32,125 nucleotides of DNA from positions 1-32,125 of the IMG/VR virus record IMGVR_UViG_3300017747_000630, one strand, 5' to 3'. Origin of the DNA: a virus. Its lineage: Duplodnaviria; Caudoviricetes. This document shows positions 15,393 to 25,058 of this stretch, in pieces (the first letter of the stretch is position 1; every line of letters begins with the position of its first letter). The position numbers and the translations under genes are program-made. The notes below the pieces were generated by a model. That model was not told the origin of the DNA, searched no databases, and saw only the letters and a list, made by a program, of their open reading frames with translations.

Positions 15393-17686
15393 ACTTCTTG
15401 TGTTAAAGTCATTGTTTCAGTTTCAATAGTTCCATTGTCATATGTCGTAGTCATATCAATTTGATAGACAATTGTATCATATTCTTCTGAACGGAAATAC
15501 TCAATACTTTCTTCAGTAATTAAATCGTCTGAGTTTTCAGCAATGATTGTATAGCTTGGTGTAGTAGATGGAAAAGTGAAAGTAATGTCCGTATCTGTTG
15601 TAATGGATAATGCGCTGGCTGTAATTCCAGTTGAACCCATATCTAAGTCAATTTGTGTAACTCCATTTCCTAAAGAAATTGGTGTTAATACTGACCCTAT
15701 TCCTTTACCTGCTTTGCCTAAACTTAATGGTCTTAAAGATCTAAAATCGTGCAATAAAACTAAATCTACATCACCAGTATTTAGATTCGTTTTTATCTCA
15801 TTAATAATATATCTTTTGTCACGAATGATTAAGCGATCATTCATTTTTAGACTCGTAAGTATTGGAGTAGGGAATAAGCCTTTACAATAGGTTAAACGTT
15901 GCTTTTTGCTATATAAATTCGCTAAATAATTATAATAGTAAGTAATAAAAATATTATTTTGAATAGGTGTTAAATGAAAGGAACTATTATCCCACCCAAA
16001 ATTTAAAGTATAATCTGAACCATTATATACTAAATCTTGACCAAATGGCATATATGATGTAACTTGGTTTGTTGCTGTTCCATTATTGAAATAAAACGAA
16101 CACGTTTTTTGTTCATTCATATATAATAGCACAGGCTGTGGAATAATAGAAGCAAAAGTTTTATCTAATGAATAACCAACTTGTAAATCCGTGTTTGTAA
16201 ATTTGGTATGTAAGATGTTTTCAAAAGGTAGTTCGATAGTATAATCTGTTCCGTCGTAGTCATATACTTGCTGCAAATCTCCATATTCACGAAAATTAGC
16301 ATCTCCAAATTCTCTACTTAGAATAGTTTCCCCCTTTTGATGCTTAAAATCTATCTTTTTATATAGCTTAACTCGTTCTATATCTATGCTATCTACATCA
16401 ATATGTTTAGTTATATCTATTAATCTTCCTTGAGCATACCAATTTTCTAATGGCTCTATTTTAAATGTAGTCGGATTAGTAGGCACACAAGTTAAATTAA
16501 ATTGTTTTAATACACCTGAGACAAAGTCTCCAATCTTCATATCGGGCATATTATCTATAATATCTAAATCAGATGTAAATGTGTTATTCGCTACAGTTGA
16601 AGATGCTATTGCTATTTCTGCACCAGATATTAAAAGTCTTAACTCAACTGTAGATACAATTATACAAGGTTCATTAGCCCTATTTTTAAAAGTATAAACA
16701 TCATTTGTACCAGGAACGTGTGGCACAATTACATCCCATACAGCCCACCATTGGCTTGTACTAGGGTTAGATACTGTACTAATTAAAGAACCATTTTTAT
16801 ATACATCAATGTAAATAGTATTGTTTAATAAAGTTGAACGAGACGCTGTTACACGTATTCTCATTTCACTTGGAACAGGAAATTGTGTATAATTTAAATT
16901 AATAGAATTCGTGTTTACATCAAACAATGGTGTTAACGACGTATCTCCAGAGACTACTAAAAAATCTAATTCTTTACTATCTGTTATAAATTCATAGCTA
17001 TCTTTATTCTTTAGCCATAAATAACAATTTGTAAATCTTTTATTAGTTAAAAATAAACCTTGAAAATCTATTCCATATTTTGTTTCTATTGCATCAAATA
17101 TTCGCGCTATTCTAATAGCTGGAAATAATTCAGAATAATGTATGTGACGTGAATTTTGAGATATATCTGTACTTGTGTTATCTCCGTAACTCCATAATCT
17201 CTCTGAACTAATTAAAGGATATCTTACATCATAGTCTGAACTTGAGTTTATTCGTGTTAAAACTTGTGTTCCATTATATGGATGCGTATATGGAGACATA
17301 TCTAATGTATTCAATTTATCCTCTCCAAAATAATCTTGAAGCGTTCTAATGTCACCATAGAATGTAATAGTGTAACTTTCTGCTCTACCCTTTTTTAAGT
17401 TTGCCTTTTCTAACTGAATCTTACCCGTTCTGAAAGTGACTAAGTCTATCTCTATCTTTGCGTTCCTTCTTAACTGATGGTCTACAGTAGCATCAACAGC
17501 ATTTTCGTAGAAATGCTGGAAGATTTGGTTGTTATGTTCGGAAGCGGGTACGGTAAAACTTTGCGAGAAGTCCGTAAATACTTTAGCTATATCCTGAACG
17601 TTCTGAACGCTTGAAGTAATTTGTATCTGTTCGTCTTCGAATAGTTCTAACCTTTGACCTTCTATATATACTTGTACCTTTCGCAT
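15389..17686 (-). CDS. Tail tip/baseplate hub protein
   Basis: 765 aa; DIAKVFTDFSQSFTVPAS hub-like N-terminus; next to tape measure. Confidence 0.7.
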   Translation of the reverse strand: MRKVQVYIEGQRLELFEDEQIQITSSVQNVQDIAKVFTDFSQSFTVPASEHNNQIFQHFYENAVDATVDHQLRRNAKIEIDLVTFRTGKIQLEKANLKKGRAESYTITFYGDIRTLQDYFGEDKLNTLDMSPYTHPYNGTQVLTRINSSSDYDVRYPLISSERLWSYGDNTSTDISQNSRHIHYSELFPAIRIARIFDAIETKYGIDFQGLFLTNKRFTNCYLWLKNKDSYEFITDSKELDFLVVSGDTSLTPLFDVNTNSINLNYTQFPVPSEMRIRVTASRSTLLNNTIYIDVYKNGSLISTVSNPSTSQWWAVWDVIVPHVPGTNDVYTFKNRANEPCIIVSTVELRLLISGAEIAIASSTVANNTFTSDLDIIDNMPDMKIGDFVSGVLKQFNLTCVPTNPTTFKIEPLENWYAQGRLIDITKHIDVDSIDIERVKLYKKIDFKHQKGETILSREFGDANFREYGDLQQVYDYDGTDYTIELPFENILHTKFTNTDLQVGYSLDKTFASIIPQPVLLYMNEQKTCSFYFNNGTATNQVTSYMPFGQDLVYNGSDYTLNFGWDNSSFHLTPIQNNIFITYYYNYLANLYSKKQRLTYCKGLFPTPILTSLKMNDRLIIRDKRYIINEIKTNLNTGDVDLVLLHDFRSLRPLSLGKAGKGIGSVLTPISLGNGVTQIDLDMGSTGITASALSITTDTDITFTFPSTTPSYTIIAENSDDLITEESIEYFRSEEYDTIVYQIDMTTTYDNGTIETETMTLTQEV

Positions 17687-18762
17687 TATACTACGTTATT
17701 GATTATATCAGTTGCGTATTGGAATTCTAAAGTGTAATTAATCATCTTAGTATTGATCTGTTTGAATAACTCAGTAGCTTTCGTGTTTATCTTCACAGGT
17801 CTGTTATCTAAAAGAATCCGCTCACTCGTCATTAACTCTTGTAAGTTATTAGAAAAGTCTTCGCTTACCCAATCCGTGTTTACAGTAATAACCTCAGTAT
17901 AGTTAGTATTGAATGTTTTACGTTGACCTTCTAATACATCGTAATTAACCAAGTTAGACTGAAGCAAATTGTACTCCGTGTTTTCTACGTTTATATTGCG
18001 CTTAGAAGCCTTAAAAAAGTATTCTCTTTGCCAAGCACCATAACGATTAATAAAGTCGCAGCAGATAGGCTTATATTGGCATTCTGTCTTAGGTTTAAAT
18101 GTAGCTTCCCAAAGTACGTTGTTAGATGCGTCTGTAATCTGCGTTAAACATCCGTTGTCGTAGTAGTTAGGGTGTACTCTATACGAAGTTACAACACCAC
18201 TTGACGGAATAGTTGCCGTGTTTGTAGTGCCTGTAACTAACTCCGTGTATTTAACCTTATAACCAGCTGTTGCATTCCAAGTTATGCTCCCAGCCCTCTT
18301 TAAAGTGTCGGTAGCTAAAACCGCAGCGGAATCATATAGATAATAGTACGTTTTCGCAGCTAATAAAATATCTCCTAAGTCTTCGTTATATCCTTCCGTG
18401 TAGAGCGTATACCCATCAAACGCTTTGTAGGTAGTGGTAGTTCCTACTTGAACAAAGGATGTGCTTATTTTCTTATATCTCTTCACAGATACATTACACC
18501 ACTCAGTAGTAGTTAACGCTTGGTTGCCTACGTTATAGTTATTCTGAAACTCTACGTGTGATAAATACTCTTTGATATATGGCGAGATGTTGTAAGTAGT
18601 TCGTGTTATTGTAGGTGCTGGAATCAACTTACTCAAAGTATAAGTAGGAGATGCTGGTGCTGATCCCGTACCATTCCAAATAAATAACTCTACCTTAGTT
18701 TCTATCTGTCCTGTTTCGTTTATTTCTACTATGAAAGGTGAACGTGCAAATATATTCGCCAT
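17686..18762 (-). CDS. Minor tail (distal tail-like) protein
   Basis: ARSPF N-terminus, FINRYGAW and C-terminal INYTLEF; position in the tail module. Confidence 0.6.
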   Translation of the reverse strand: MANIFARSPFIVEINETGQIETKVELFIWNGTGSAPASPTYTLSKLIPAPTITRTTYNISPYIKEYLSHVEFQNNYNVGNQALTTTEWCNVSVKRYKKISTSFVQVGTTTTYKAFDGYTLYTEGYNEDLGDILLAAKTYYYLYDSAAVLATDTLKRAGSITWNATAGYKVKYTELVTGTTNTATIPSSGVVTSYRVHPNYYDNGCLTQITDASNNVLWEATFKPKTECQYKPICCDFINRYGAWQREYFFKASKRNINVENTEYNLLQSNLVNYDVLEGQRKTFNTNYTEVITVNTDWVSEDFSNNLQELMTSERILLDNRPVKINTKATELFKQINTKMINYTLEFQYATDIINNVV

Positions 18763-19292
18763 TATTTAGGTTGTTTAATTATATCAAAAAATAGTTTACT
18801 CGCTTCGAGTCCGTATTTATCTATTAACTCTTCAGGTAAGTTTTTGTATGCTGCTTCAAATGGCTTAGTGAAAAACAAACTCGGTTTAATTCCTTTTGAG
18901 TATATACTTTTAGTCATTACCCACGCAGTAGATTTATACGACATAAATTTTCCATCCTTGTTCTTGAACTGAATCCTTCGTCTTTCTACCCATTTCTGCA
19001 TTGCTTCAGTAAGTCCGCCTTTTCTTCCGGTACCCGTACCAAACTTAAACGGAGAGTTAGGTGCTTTAGCAGAACTGCGCTTACCTCTCACCCCTTGATC
19101 TTGGTACGCTCCGTATTCTTCCATTTCAAAATACATCCCAATGGAATTAGGCATTACTTTAACATCACCTCTAATAGATTGATGTAGCTTCTTAGAAACG
19201 TTTTTATCCTTAGTGGTAAGGTTTCGTTTAGCTTGGTTTACTACGTGGTCTCTAAAGCGTTCTAAAGCCTTTTGTATTTCGTCTTTTTGCAT
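18762..19292 (-). CDS. Neck/tail completion protein (HK97 gp10-like)
   Basis: SKKLHQSI, YGAYQDQG, KGIKPSLFF motifs; ATG at 19292 overlaps upstream TAA. Confidence 0.6.
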   Translation of the reverse strand: MQKDEIQKALERFRDHVVNQAKRNLTTKDKNVSKKLHQSIRGDVKVMPNSIGMYFEMEEYGAYQDQGVRGKRSSAKAPNSPFKFGTGTGRKGGLTEAMQKWVERRRIQFKNKDGKFMSYKSTAWVMTKSIYSKGIKPSLFFTKPFEAAYKNLPEELIDKYGLEASKLFFDIIKQPK

Positions 19293-19747
19293 TAGCAAAT
19301 ACTCATTTCGTTAGGCACTATAATATCAAACGTCATAGTCCACCCAGCTAACAAGTTTTCAAAACGCTCTGTGAATGGTTCGCAGCTTGGTATTCCGTCT
19401 AACTGATAGTTTGTATCTGACAAATCACCATTAAACAAACTTGCTGCTAATCTTTGGCATACTGCTAACTGAGTATTTAACACATCCTGTTCGTTGTCGT
19501 TTCCTTTAAACACATCCGTTGTTTCACTCTTAGATATGTCTACGATGTCCATAGCAATAACGCTAATGTTAAACCTCATCACGTTCTGTTCTATGTTCAC
19601 ATTATTTACCATTATATGTGACAAAGGAAAGATCGTCTGTTTGTTTAAGTCTACTTCAAATATGCTACCTTCTGTAACCGTGTTTACAAACGGAGATGCT
19701 ATAAGTTCCGCCTTTATGTTATCAATTACGCTATAAAATCCTACCAT
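19292..19747 (-). CDS. Tail terminator-like protein
   Basis: 151 aa, acidic; FPLSH...PFTERFENLLAGW. Confidence 0.6.
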   Translation of the reverse strand: MVGFYSVIDNIKAELIASPFVNTVTEGSIFEVDLNKQTIFPLSHIMVNNVNIEQNVMRFNISVIAMDIVDISKSETTDVFKGNDNEQDVLNTQLAVCQRLAASLFNGDLSDTNYQLDGIPSCEPFTERFENLLAGWTMTFDIIVPNEMSIC

Positions 19748-20013
19748 TTCTGTTGTTGTTTTTTAATCTGTCTAATTTCAATCTCCGTCTTTTGCTTCTC
19801 AAATGTTAGAAACGTTAATGCTTTAACAAGGGGCTGCTTTGTGACTCTATCGAAGTCGAGAATATTTCCTTTAGCTGCTGCATAGATTGACTGATACCAT
19901 CCCCATTGCTTTCCAAACTGTGCTTGTTCGCTGTAGTCGCTTTGCTCATCTTCCTCGTCTCCTTCTCCAAATAGTCCGCTAAAGCCTCCAATAATTCGAG
20001 TCCTAAAGTCCAA
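19741..20013 (-). CDS. Tail assembly chaperone -1 frameshift extension (gpT-like); fusion product about 253 aa
   Basis: Opens only at a TTG within the T9 run; lies in the -1 frame relative to 19815..20501. Confidence 0.75.
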   Translation of the reverse strand: MDFRTRIIGGFSGLFGEGDEEDEQSDYSEQAQFGKQWGWYQSIYAAAKGNILDFDRVTKQPLVKALTFLTFEKQKTEIEIRQIKKQQQKW

Positions 20014-20501
20014 AAAAAAACCGAGGCACCCATTGCTATACTTACTGGCGTGAACTTCATTAGTTCGGCATACTCTCCCGTTCCTTCGTAGTCTATGATC
20101 TCGTACTTATCTCCTTTCGTGTTTTTGATAGGTCTGTAAAGCACCGCCATAGCTTTGTGCATATTATCCCAGCCACTTAAATACTTTTCAGCATCTATAT
20201 ACTCACCCCAAGAAATCTGCTCTAAGTTTGGAATGAACCCAAATTCAATGTCTTCTATTTTAAAGCGGTGTTTAAAGGTTGGTTTCACCGCAAATATGCG
20301 GTTAAAGTGTTCTACCATATCCGAAAGGTCAGTAGCTTTTATCTTTACTACATCCTTTAACTCTATGCCACAGAATAACTGCACCATCTTTTCAGATATG
20401 AACTCAGGATCGTTGGAAGTGTCAACAGTCTTTCTAAATTCCTGATAGTGCTTTAATGGAATCTCGTCTAAACTTGTTGGTATTAGTAATTCTAACTTCA
20501 T
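19815..20501 (-). CDS. Tail assembly chaperone (gpG-like)
   Basis: FGFIPNLEQISWGEYID...MAVLYRP; slippery GTTTTTTTTTGG at codons 161-164. Confidence 0.7.
   Translation of the reverse strand: MKLELLIPTSLDEIPLKHYQEFRKTVDTSNDPEFISEKMVQLFCGIELKDVVKIKATDLSDMVEHFNRIFAVKPTFKHRFKIEDIEFGFIPNLEQISWGEYIDAEKYLSGWDNMHKAMAVLYRPIKNTKGDKYEIIDYEGTGEYAELMKFTPVSIAMGASVFFWTLGLELLEALADYLEKETRKMSKATTANKHSLESNGDGISQSMQQLKEIFSTSIESQSSPLLKH
20012..20021 (-). other. Programmed -1 ribosomal frameshift slippery site (T TTT TTT)
   Basis: GTT TTT TTT TGG read as ASVFFW (0 frame) or ASVFFLDFR (-1 frame). Confidence 0.78.
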
Positions 20502-20509
20502 AGTATTAA

Positions 20510-20533
20510 AACTTTTAATTAGTGTTTGTGTTG
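20510..20533 (-). promoter_or_regulatory. Late promoter CAAC-N16-AGTT driving the tail operon
   Basis: CAAC-ACAAACACTAATTAAA-AGTT; ATG begins 11 nt after the G. Confidence 0.72.
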
Positions 20534-20697
20534 TTTCTATATGCTAATACATATGAATAGGCTTCGTTTAGCATTATTATATGCTTTCGCATACTCATAG
20601 GGTTGTCAAATACAATTCGTACTCTTACACGCTTTCTTTCGTATATATACTCTTGTACTATAGCTACCATTTCTTCAACGGATGGCGTATGTTCCAT
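20515..20697 (-). CDS. Hypothetical 60-aa protein
   Basis: ORF track; overlaps the TerL end. Confidence 0.65.
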   Translation of the reverse strand: MEHTPSVEEMVAIVQEYIYERKRVRVRIVFDNPMSMRKHIIMLNEAYSYVLAYRNNTNTN

Positions 20698-21832
20698 AGC
20701 TTGTGTTTAGTCCTAATGTTTCCATCTCGTGATACCTTAATGCATCTATAGCGTGATCTGTTCCCGTAGGTTTGTTTAATCTTACTCCAGTCTTATCCGT
20801 GTCCCAGCAATAGGCCCTAAGTTCTTTGATTAGGTTCGTGCTTGTGGATGTCACTAAATAGTCCTGACGTTGCATTACATCTATTCCGTAGTTAATAGAG
20901 TCCTTTCCTTTGGTTACTCCTTTAATCGTAATTCCGTGTCTGCGTATCTCTTCTATACTTTTTGGCTCTGCACTATCAGCGTATACCGGAACGTTCTTAG
21001 GTAGTTCCTTTGCTATGTCAGAATTAAGCATACCCGTTCTATACACTTTCTCGTTTACTATTCGCTGACCATTGTATTGATATACCTCTATTATCGAAGT
21101 AGGGTCTACGCTATAACCAAAGTCTAAACCTACACCTATTAGCCGTACATCTTTTGGCAATATGTCCACTATTTTCCAATTATTGAACACGACACCTTCT
21201 AAGCTACCTACTAATCCAAGTCCGTAAACATTCCACCAATTTCTCCAATACTCAGATGTATTCGCTTTCTCCTTATTCTTCTCTATCTGTTCTACTATAG
21301 ATTGGTCTAAGGCTTCGTTATCTAAGTAAGTAAGGATAATAAAGTCAGAATCTGATTCGTCTTTTAGTTCCGTATGCACCCAAAACTCATTGGCTGGATT
21401 AAAGTCTAAGTAAACCTCTTTCTTTGTACGTATAGCTAATTCGTTATATGATTCAAAAGTTACGTTATTACACTCGTTAATATAGAGTATGTCCCTTCTC
21501 GCACCTCTTAGCTTAGAACTATCGTCAGCACTAAAGAATTCAAAGTAGCTTCCGTTTTTAAATTGGTAAACAAGTAAAGATTTATTGAACTGATCGTCAT
21601 AGTACCTATTAGTCCACTTAAGTATTTTCAGAAAGTCTTTTAATGCTCCCCTTCTTAGGTGTGGTATTGTTTCAGCTACTACACTTATTTCTAAGTTAGG
21701 TGTTTGTATAGCCTTATTGATCAATACGGCTAATATAGAGTACGTCTTACTCGCGCTGCTGCCACCCTGAACTATTTTAATACGCTTCTTTAAAGAAAGT
21801 ATTTTATTCGTTGCCGTCGTTCTCTGAAACAT
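20675..21832 (-). CDS. terL: Terminase large subunit (PBSX/Terminase_3 family)
   Basis: QGGSSASKT Walker A, LYINE Walker B, LDFNP, GLDFGY..DP, DSAEP, DHAIDALRY; likely start MFQRTTA. Confidence 0.93.
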   Translation of the reverse strand: MFQRTTATNKILSLKKRIKIVQGGSSASKTYSILAVLINKAIQTPNLEISVVAETIPHLRRGALKDFLKILKWTNRYYDDQFNKSLLVYQFKNGSYFEFFSADDSSKLRGARRDILYINECNNVTFESYNELAIRTKKEVYLDFNPANEFWVHTELKDESDSDFIILTYLDNEALDQSIVEQIEKNKEKANTSEYWRNWWNVYGLGLVGSLEGVVFNNWKIVDILPKDVRLIGVGLDFGYSVDPTSIIEVYQYNGQRIVNEKVYRTGMLNSDIAKELPKNVPVYADSAEPKSIEEIRRHGITIKGVTKGKDSINYGIDVMQRQDYLVTSTSTNLIKELRAYCWDTDKTGVRLNKPTGTDHAIDALRYHEMETLGLNTSYGTYAIR

Positions 21833-22139
21833 CTGGGAATAAAGGTATTTCAATATTATGCTGCTCTATCTGCTGAACAGGCGCACCATATCCGCTATCC
21901 ATCAAAGCCTTATACGCTGCTACATCTCCTTCACGTGCTTTCTTAATCAATGCTAACGTCATTAAATCTTCCTGAGACATTGTTTCATTCTCACCTGTTA
22001 AAGGATTCTTTAGGTTCTGATTAACTTCTAACCATTGCCGTGCTATTGTGCTTCTGTTGCGGCTCCCTTTGGGTCTACCGTTGGGGTTTCCGCTTTCGCC
22101 TTTCTCCCAATTAGGTTTTAAATTGTCTTCTTTTGCCAT
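21804..22139 (-). CDS. terS: Terminase small subunit (GxSGNPxGRPKG type)
   Basis: KGESGNPNGRPKGS motif; overlaps the TerL start. Confidence 0.75.
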   Translation of the reverse strand: MAKEDNLKPNWEKGESGNPNGRPKGSRNRSTIARQWLEVNQNLKNPLTGENETMSQEDLMTLALIKKAREGDVAAYKALMDSGYGAPVQQIEQHNIEIPLFPDVSENDGNE

Positions 22140-22140
22140 A

Positions 22141-22162
22141 ATCGGTGTTATATCGGTGTTAT
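22141..22162. repeat. Perfect tandem 11-bp repeat (ATCGGTGTTAT x2) just upstream of terS
   Basis: 22141-22151 and 22152-22162. Confidence 0.85.
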
Positions 22163-23346
22163 TTTATTAATTCTCCATTCCTTTTAATAACTAAACTCGG
22201 GTCTAACTTTTTCATTCGGTCAATTATTACTTGACAATATTTTGGGTCTAATTCCATTCCGTAACATTTGCGTTTAAGTTGGTGTGAAGCTACCATTGTT
22301 GAACCACTGCCCAAAAAGAAATCTAAAATTAATTCATTAATGTTTGTTGAATTATTTATACTTCTTTCGCATATTTCTAAAGGCTTTTGTGTTGGGTGTT
22401 GCATTTGTAAACCTTTCATTCGATTAACTTGCCAAACTCCATTTTGTCTTTCGTGTAATTCTCGTCTACCAATCATTCCAAATATTGCCCATTCACTATC
22501 ACCATAAGAACCTTTTAAATCACCTAAACCAGGACCGCCTTTATCCCATACTACAACACTTTTAATTTTACCAATATTTTCACAAACTTCTTTAAAATCA
22601 TTAAAGCAATCCCACCTGCACCAAATATAAAAATGTCTATTATTTTCTAAAAATAATGGAATTAAACTTAATGCGTCTTGTCCTACATTTGTATTCTCAT
22701 CGTTTAAAATTTGTGTGTCAGTTCTTTTTTGTTTTACTTCGCTTTTCTTACTATCCCAAGCATTGCTTTCATATGCCATTCCATAAGGTGGGTCTGTAAA
22801 TACCATATCCGCTTTCTGTCCATTCATTAATTTAACCACTTGGTCGCTATCCGTACTATCTCCGCAAAGTAAACGGTGTTCGCCTATTTCGAATAAGTCA
22901 CCTAAAACAATATCGGTTGTTATTTCGTTTGGTATTTCGTAGTTATCTTCTTCGGCTTCAAGTTCTTCATTAATGCTTAAATCAATAGGTAAATCCAATC
23001 CCCATTCTTCAAGTTTTTCAACGTCCCATTCATTAGCTAAACTATCCCAGTCCCATTCACCAAATCCAACATTATCCTTTACTATGAATTCGTGTTTTTG
23101 TTCCTCGGTAAGATTCTCTGCCTTGACAATAAACACTTCTTTTAACCCTGCTTCTTTACACGCTTTTAAACGCATATTACCACCGAGTACGATATTATTC
23201 TCATCTACTACGATAGGTCTTATCTCAAGCATTTGAGGAAACTCCTGAATAGACTTAACCAGCTTCTTAAACTTATCATCCTTAATTAAACGTGGATTCT
23301 TTGGATTCGTCTTTACCTCGCTTATTTTTACTTTATCTACTTTCAT
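22159..23346 (-). CDS. ParB/Srx N-terminal domain fused to N6A/N4C DNA methyltransferase (beta class)
   Basis: NPKNPR...RPIVVD...GGNMRL; FTDPPY, HPTQKP, LDFFLGSGST, GMELDPKY. Confidence 0.9.
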   Translation of the reverse strand: MKVDKVKISEVKTNPKNPRLIKDDKFKKLVKSIQEFPQMLEIRPIVVDENNIVLGGNMRLKACKEAGLKEVFIVKAENLTEEQKHEFIVKDNVGFGEWDWDSLANEWDVEKLEEWGLDLPIDLSINEELEAEEDNYEIPNEITTDIVLGDLFEIGEHRLLCGDSTDSDQVVKLMNGQKADMVFTDPPYGMAYESNAWDSKKSEVKQKRTDTQILNDENTNVGQDALSLIPLFLENNRHFYIWCRWDCFNDFKEVCENIGKIKSVVVWDKGGPGLGDLKGSYGDSEWAIFGMIGRRELHERQNGVWQVNRMKGLQMQHPTQKPLEICERSINNSTNINELILDFFLGSGSTMVASHQLKRKCYGMELDPKYCQVIIDRMKKLDPSLVIKRNGELIK

Positions 23347-23423
23347 AGTGCTTTATATTGCTCTTTTTATTTCCTTTTACTCTTATTCTTTACGTTTACT
23401 TTCTAAAAGTGTATTTAACTGCA

Positions 23424-23663
23424 CTAATTAGGGTTGTAAGTGTATGCTTCAAATTCGTCTTTATCTACCGGATGCAGTTCCATTAGACCTATCTCGTAGT
23501 CATAGAATACTATGTACTTTGCTTCTGCTATAGTTAGCATAAGTTTTAGAGCGTTCCAAGTTTTAAGATGGCTCTCAGGGTTTATGAATACTATGTAGTA
23601 GTCACTTTCCAAACAGCCTACCGACTTCTCCGAGTTCCTTAACCACTTCCGCATTGTTATCAT
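23424..23663 (-). CDS. Hypothetical protein
   Basis: ORF track; ACACTATG start context. Confidence 0.65.
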   Translation of the reverse strand: MITMRKWLRNSEKSVGCLESDYYIVFINPESHLKTWNALKLMLTIAEAKYIVFYDYEIGLMELHPVDKDEFEAYTYNPN

Positions 23664-23683
23664 AGTGTATTGTTAGGTTTGTC

Positions 23684-24142
23684 TTAGGAATTGGCATCTT
23701 CGTACTCTTTATGTATTTTACGTAACTGCATTACTATATCTCTCCAGCAAGAAGAACAACTTGTAGGCTCTTGCTTTACATTTAAAACTCTATTGTATAC
23801 TTTTAGTAGTGCGTGTTGATCACTTGGGCTTATCTCTGCCGTGTTTCTACTAAAGAATGTTTCAAGTATTCCGTGTTCGTCTTCCGTTAGGCAGTTAATC
23901 TTTCTGTAAGGAAACATTTTATTTAACTTCTCCTTACGCTTATCACATCCGCAATCTTCTCCAGCTATCCACTTAGCTACTTTGTCTATACCCGTCTTCT
24001 TAAATACCTTCTCTAAAGTATCTCCCAAACCTTTGGAAACATCTTCTTTGATGTCGTTTACTAATTCTTGTACATCGTCTTTTACTATTTCTACGACTTC
24101 TTGAACTACTTTAGGCTGTCTACCCCTTCTTTTCTTTTCCAT
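23684..24142 (-). CDS. Hypothetical protein with Cys motifs (CGC, CxxC)
   Basis: GLGDTLEKV..TGI...DCGCDKRKEKLN...PTSCSSC. Confidence 0.75.
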   Translation of the reverse strand: MEKKRRGRQPKVVQEVVEIVKDDVQELVNDIKEDVSKGLGDTLEKVFKKTGIDKVAKWIAGEDCGCDKRKEKLNKMFPYRKINCLTEDEHGILETFFSRNTAEISPSDQHALLKVYNRVLNVKQEPTSCSSCWRDIVMQLRKIHKEYEDANS

Positions 24143-24296
24143 TTCCTAACTCTTTAATTAATAATTCTAAGTGTACTATTCTTTCTAAATAGTGTTTCCC
24201 ATTCAATAAGTTAACACCTTCGCCTTGCATACTCTGAGCAAATGCGACATAGGCTAACTCCTTTTGATTTTCTAAATACGCTCGTATTGTCTTCAT
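24120..24296 (-). CDS. 58-aa hypothetical protein (MKTIRAYLENQKE...)
   Basis: Manually translated; ATGA coupling. Confidence 0.65.
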   Translation of the reverse strand: MKTIRAYLENQKELAYVAFAQSMQGEGVNLLNGKHYLERIVHLELLIKELGNGKEKKG

Positions 24297-24475
24297 CGTG
24301 CTAAATTAATATATCTTTCTTTTAACTGGTTAAACTCTTCTTGTAACGCTTCGTGTTTATCTAATAACTGATTGTGTTCACGTAGCACATTATCTATCTC
24401 TCGCCTTAAATAAGCTATTAACTCACGGGCTTCTTCTTTACTGTAGTATTCGTTATCCATATTATAGTAACTCAT
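24293..24475 (-). CDS. Hypothetical coiled-coil protein
   Basis: ORF track. Confidence 0.65.
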   Translation of the reverse strand: MSYYNMDNEYYSKEEARELIAYLRREIDNVLREHNQLLDKHEALQEEFNQLKERYINLAR

Positions 24476-25022
24476 AATCGCCGTTAATGTAATCCTGATA
24501 GTCTTCTCCTATTGCTTCTCGTAATTGCTGCTTACAATGCTTTATGGTGTGGAATATAGAAGTTAGACTTATCTTGGTTTCTGCTTCTAATTCACGCATA
24601 CTCATTCCTGAATCTCTGTAAAGTTCAAATAACATCTTATCATACCAATGCCATCTCTTTATCTCTTCGGTTACTTTGTAGTCTATGGAGTTTTTAGCGT
24701 GTGTTTCGTGTTTATCTACCGAGTCATCAAAAACATAGATAGCTTCGTTTAGATCACACTTCTCTATTCTACTTTTTTGCTTACAGAAATCTACATAAAT
24801 GTTTCTTAGTACAAACCATACAAAGCCTTTGTTTACTTCTCCGTCTTTTACTATCTTATCCCACGTAGTGTACTTGTATAATCTCAAATACATTTCTTGT
24901 ACGATGTCTTCAGCGTAGAACTTTTCTCCGAAGCCTTCTACCACACCTACAAAAAACTTGTGATGTTTAGCAACCTTATTTAGCCACTCAGTCGATGTTT
25001 CTGTAGATTCTGCTAATAACAT
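24462..25022 (-). CDS. ECF-type (sigma70 family) sigma factor, probable late-gene activator
   Basis: AEDIVQEMYLRL...LRNIYVD region 2; GMSMRELEAETKISLTSIFHTI region 4 HTH. Confidence 0.82.
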   Translation of the reverse strand: MLLAESTETSTEWLNKVAKHHKFFVGVVEGFGEKFYAEDIVQEMYLRLYKYTTWDKIVKDGEVNKGFVWFVLRNIYVDFCKQKSRIEKCDLNEAIYVFDDSVDKHETHAKNSIDYKVTEEIKRWHWYDKMLFELYRDSGMSMRELEAETKISLTSIFHTIKHCKQQLREAIGEDYQDYINGDYELL

Positions 25023-25058
25023 ACACGTAGATTAATTCTATAGCCTTAAAAAGTTTTT

